DNA of 64,000 nt. Origin: an uncultured Eggerthellaceae bacterium. Lineage in GTDB: Bacteria > Actinomycetota > Coriobacteriia > Coriobacteriales > Eggerthellaceae. The notes beneath the pieces were generated by a model, which did no database searches, was not told the origin of the DNA, and saw nothing but the letters and a program-made list of their open reading frames with translations. Position 1 is the stretch's first letter. The number at the start of each line of letters is the position of its first letter. Shown piece by piece: positions 62,386 through 64,000 of this stretch. The translations under genes were made by a program, and so were the position numbers. Location of the stretch: positions 10,011 to 74,010 of the forward strand of contig CAKTUD010000002.1 in the NCBI GenBank assembly GCA_934617425.1. Reading direction: 5' to 3'.

Positions 62386-63222
62386 TCAAAGAGTGTCGGA
62401 GTGCGTTTCTTCGGCGAGGGCGTCGAAAGCGCTGGTCGCGATGGACGCATTAGGCGGAATCGATTTGCGTAAGGTTTCCAGATCGAGCGATTGACAGGCA
62501 CGAAATGCATGAGCGTCGACGAATTCAAGTGACTCGGGCAGGCTTATGTGCGCAAGCTCGCGGCAGCCGTCAAACGCCCCTTCTTCGATTGAGCGCACCT
62601 CGTTTGGAATGGCGAGCGATTTAAGGGCGATACAACCTTTGAAACAGCGCTGACCCATCCATGCGAGACTTTCGGGGAGAGCAATCGATTCTAAGTCGCA
62701 ACATCCGTTGAAGGCATCGTTGCCGAATTCGACGACGCTTTGCGGCAACGACACTTCGGTAAGCGCTATGCAGTCTTGAAAAACGCCATCTTCTATTGCG
62801 GTTATCCCTTCGGGCAACGTGATGTCTCTTAAAGCGGCAGCATGGCGAAAGCACTGCATGCCGATACGCTTCATGCTCGCGGGGATATCGACGTGCGATA
62901 GGTGGCGGCAGCGTATGAAAACGCGTTCTGGGAGTTCCCGCACGCCTTCGGGGATGTTCGCTTCTTCGAGGCGCCAGCATCCTCGAAAAGCTTCTTTCCC
63001 GATTACCTCCAGGGTCGATGGTAGTTCGACGTGTTCGAGATTGACACAGCCGGAAAACGCGCGAGTGCGGATTTCTCGCACGCCTTCGGGTAGGATGATC
63101 TTTTTTAGGCGGCGTTTATTTTCAAATGCGCCCTCGCCGATTACCGTGATGCCCTCGGGCACCTCGATAACCTCGTCGATGTCGTCGGTGCATGCGTCGA
63201 GCGAGAGTTGGAACCGAGCCAT
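62386..63222 (-). CDS. BspA-type leucine-rich-repeat (LRR_5-like) protein with no recognisable signal peptide
   Basis: ~23-aa repeats of the form (I/L)PEG(V/I)..I...AF..C..L..(V/I).(L/I)P.S across ~10 units. The ATG at 63222 is preceded by AGAGG. Confidence 0.78.
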   Translation of the reverse strand: MARFQLSLDACTDDIDEVIEVPEGITVIGEGAFENKRRLKKIILPEGVREIRTRAFSGCVNLEHVELPSTLEVIGKEAFRGCWRLEEANIPEGVRELPERVFIRCRHLSHVDIPASMKRIGMQCFRHAAALRDITLPEGITAIEDGVFQDCIALTEVSLPQSVVEFGNDAFNGCCDLESIALPESLAWMGQRCFKGCIALKSLAIPNEVRSIEEGAFDGCRELAHISLPESLEFVDAHAFRACQSLDLETLRKSIPPNASIATSAFDALAEETHSDTL

Positions 63223-63373
63223 TCGCGTACCTCTTTTTGTCTGATTTGCTGTCAAGAGGGTAGCATATCGGGCGCGGGCTGTTTGTCGAACAATCTCCAC
63301 GCTATGTTCGTGTTCGCCCGCTTTGAAAGCTGCTAAGATAAAAGCGAACACACGTTTGACTTAAGGCGGATTT

Positions 63374-64000
63374 CATGGCGTTTGTACATTTGCATAATCA
63401 CACGGAATACTCCCTGCTTGATGGCATGACCCACGTGAAGGATATGGTGCGCCGCGCTGCGGACTTGGGCATGCCGGCAGTTGCCATAACCGATCACGGC
63501 GTGATGTCGGGCGTGCCCGAACTTTGCGAGGCTTGCGAGGCCGTTGAAAAGGAGACGGGCAAGCATGTTAAGCCGATTTATGGCTGCGAGGTTTATTTCA
63601 CCACCGACGATGAGCTACGTCGCGATGGCAAACCGAAACTCTACCACTTGCTTCTTTTGGCTAAGACCAACGAAGGCTATCACAATCTGCTGAAGTTGGT
63701 GAGCGAAAGCCACGTCGATAACTTCTATTACAAGCCGCGTACAACCTATGCGATGCTCGAGAAGTACGGCCACGGCATCATCTGCTCATCGGCATGCATC
63801 GCGGGCATCATCCCGCGCTGTATCGATGATCGTGATTTCGATGGGGCCGTCGAATGGGCAAGAAAGCTCGCTGCGTGCTTCGATCCGGGCGATTTTTATA
63901 TCGAGCTGCAAAATCAGGGCATCACGACCGACGGCGGCCTCACGCAGGATCAGATGAATCGCGAGCTTAATCGCGTTGCTCAAACGATTGGTGCGAAAAC
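63374..64000 (+). CDS. dnaE: DNA polymerase III alpha subunit, N-terminal PHP domain (3' end outside the window)
   Basis: My own translation reads MAFVHLHNHTEYSLLDGMTHVKDMVRRAADLGMPAVAITDHGVMSGVPE...YHLLLLAKTNEGYHNLLKLVS. The ORF is absent from the track because it runs off the window. AAGGCGG lies upstream. Confidence 0.93.

Overview
GC-rich Gram-positive-type chromosome, probably Actinobacteria/Coriobacteriia-like; this placement is an inference from gene content, a sortase-type surface protein, AddAB and leaderless-looking starts. About 55 genes are packed densely and nearly all are housekeeping. In order they are: a 3' aconitase fragment; an unknown membrane protein; three tandem paralogous anion-permease genes; rplJ-rplL with an attenuator-type leader; a DUF4013-like protein and murB; an ArsR/HMA-chaperone/P1B-2 ATPase metal-efflux cluster; a 1325-aa wall-anchored surface protein; glmS-acpS-nnrD-ligA; a glutaredoxin-like gene; a gamma-CA-like gene; yebC-ruvCAB; cspA; a queuosine cluster (queH, queA, tgt); secDF; addBA; a truncated Hcp-like gene beside an Fe-S protein gene; two FAD oxidoreductases; tsaC; a lipase-like hydrolase; glpK; rpiB; glyA; dCMP deaminase; the complete atp operon; a BspA-type LRR protein; and the 5' end of dnaE. 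I found no tRNA or rRNA genes, CRISPR arrays, transposases, integrases, prophage genes or recognisable defence or toxin systems, so the window reads as core chromosome rather than an island. The most unusual items are: (1) an NlpC/P60 peptidase placed at the tip of a sortase-anchored stalk of CnaB-type and Thr-Gln-ester-type domains; (2) a 335-aa 'mini-Hcp' that lacks the N-terminal Cys motif, the middle domain and most hybrid-cluster ligands, next to a His-run Fe-S protein; (3) a triplicated permease locus whose nucleotide identity is mosaic, which looks like gene conversion, with each copy having its own upstream spacer and terminator. All family assignments rest on motif recognition from memory and were not checked against any database.
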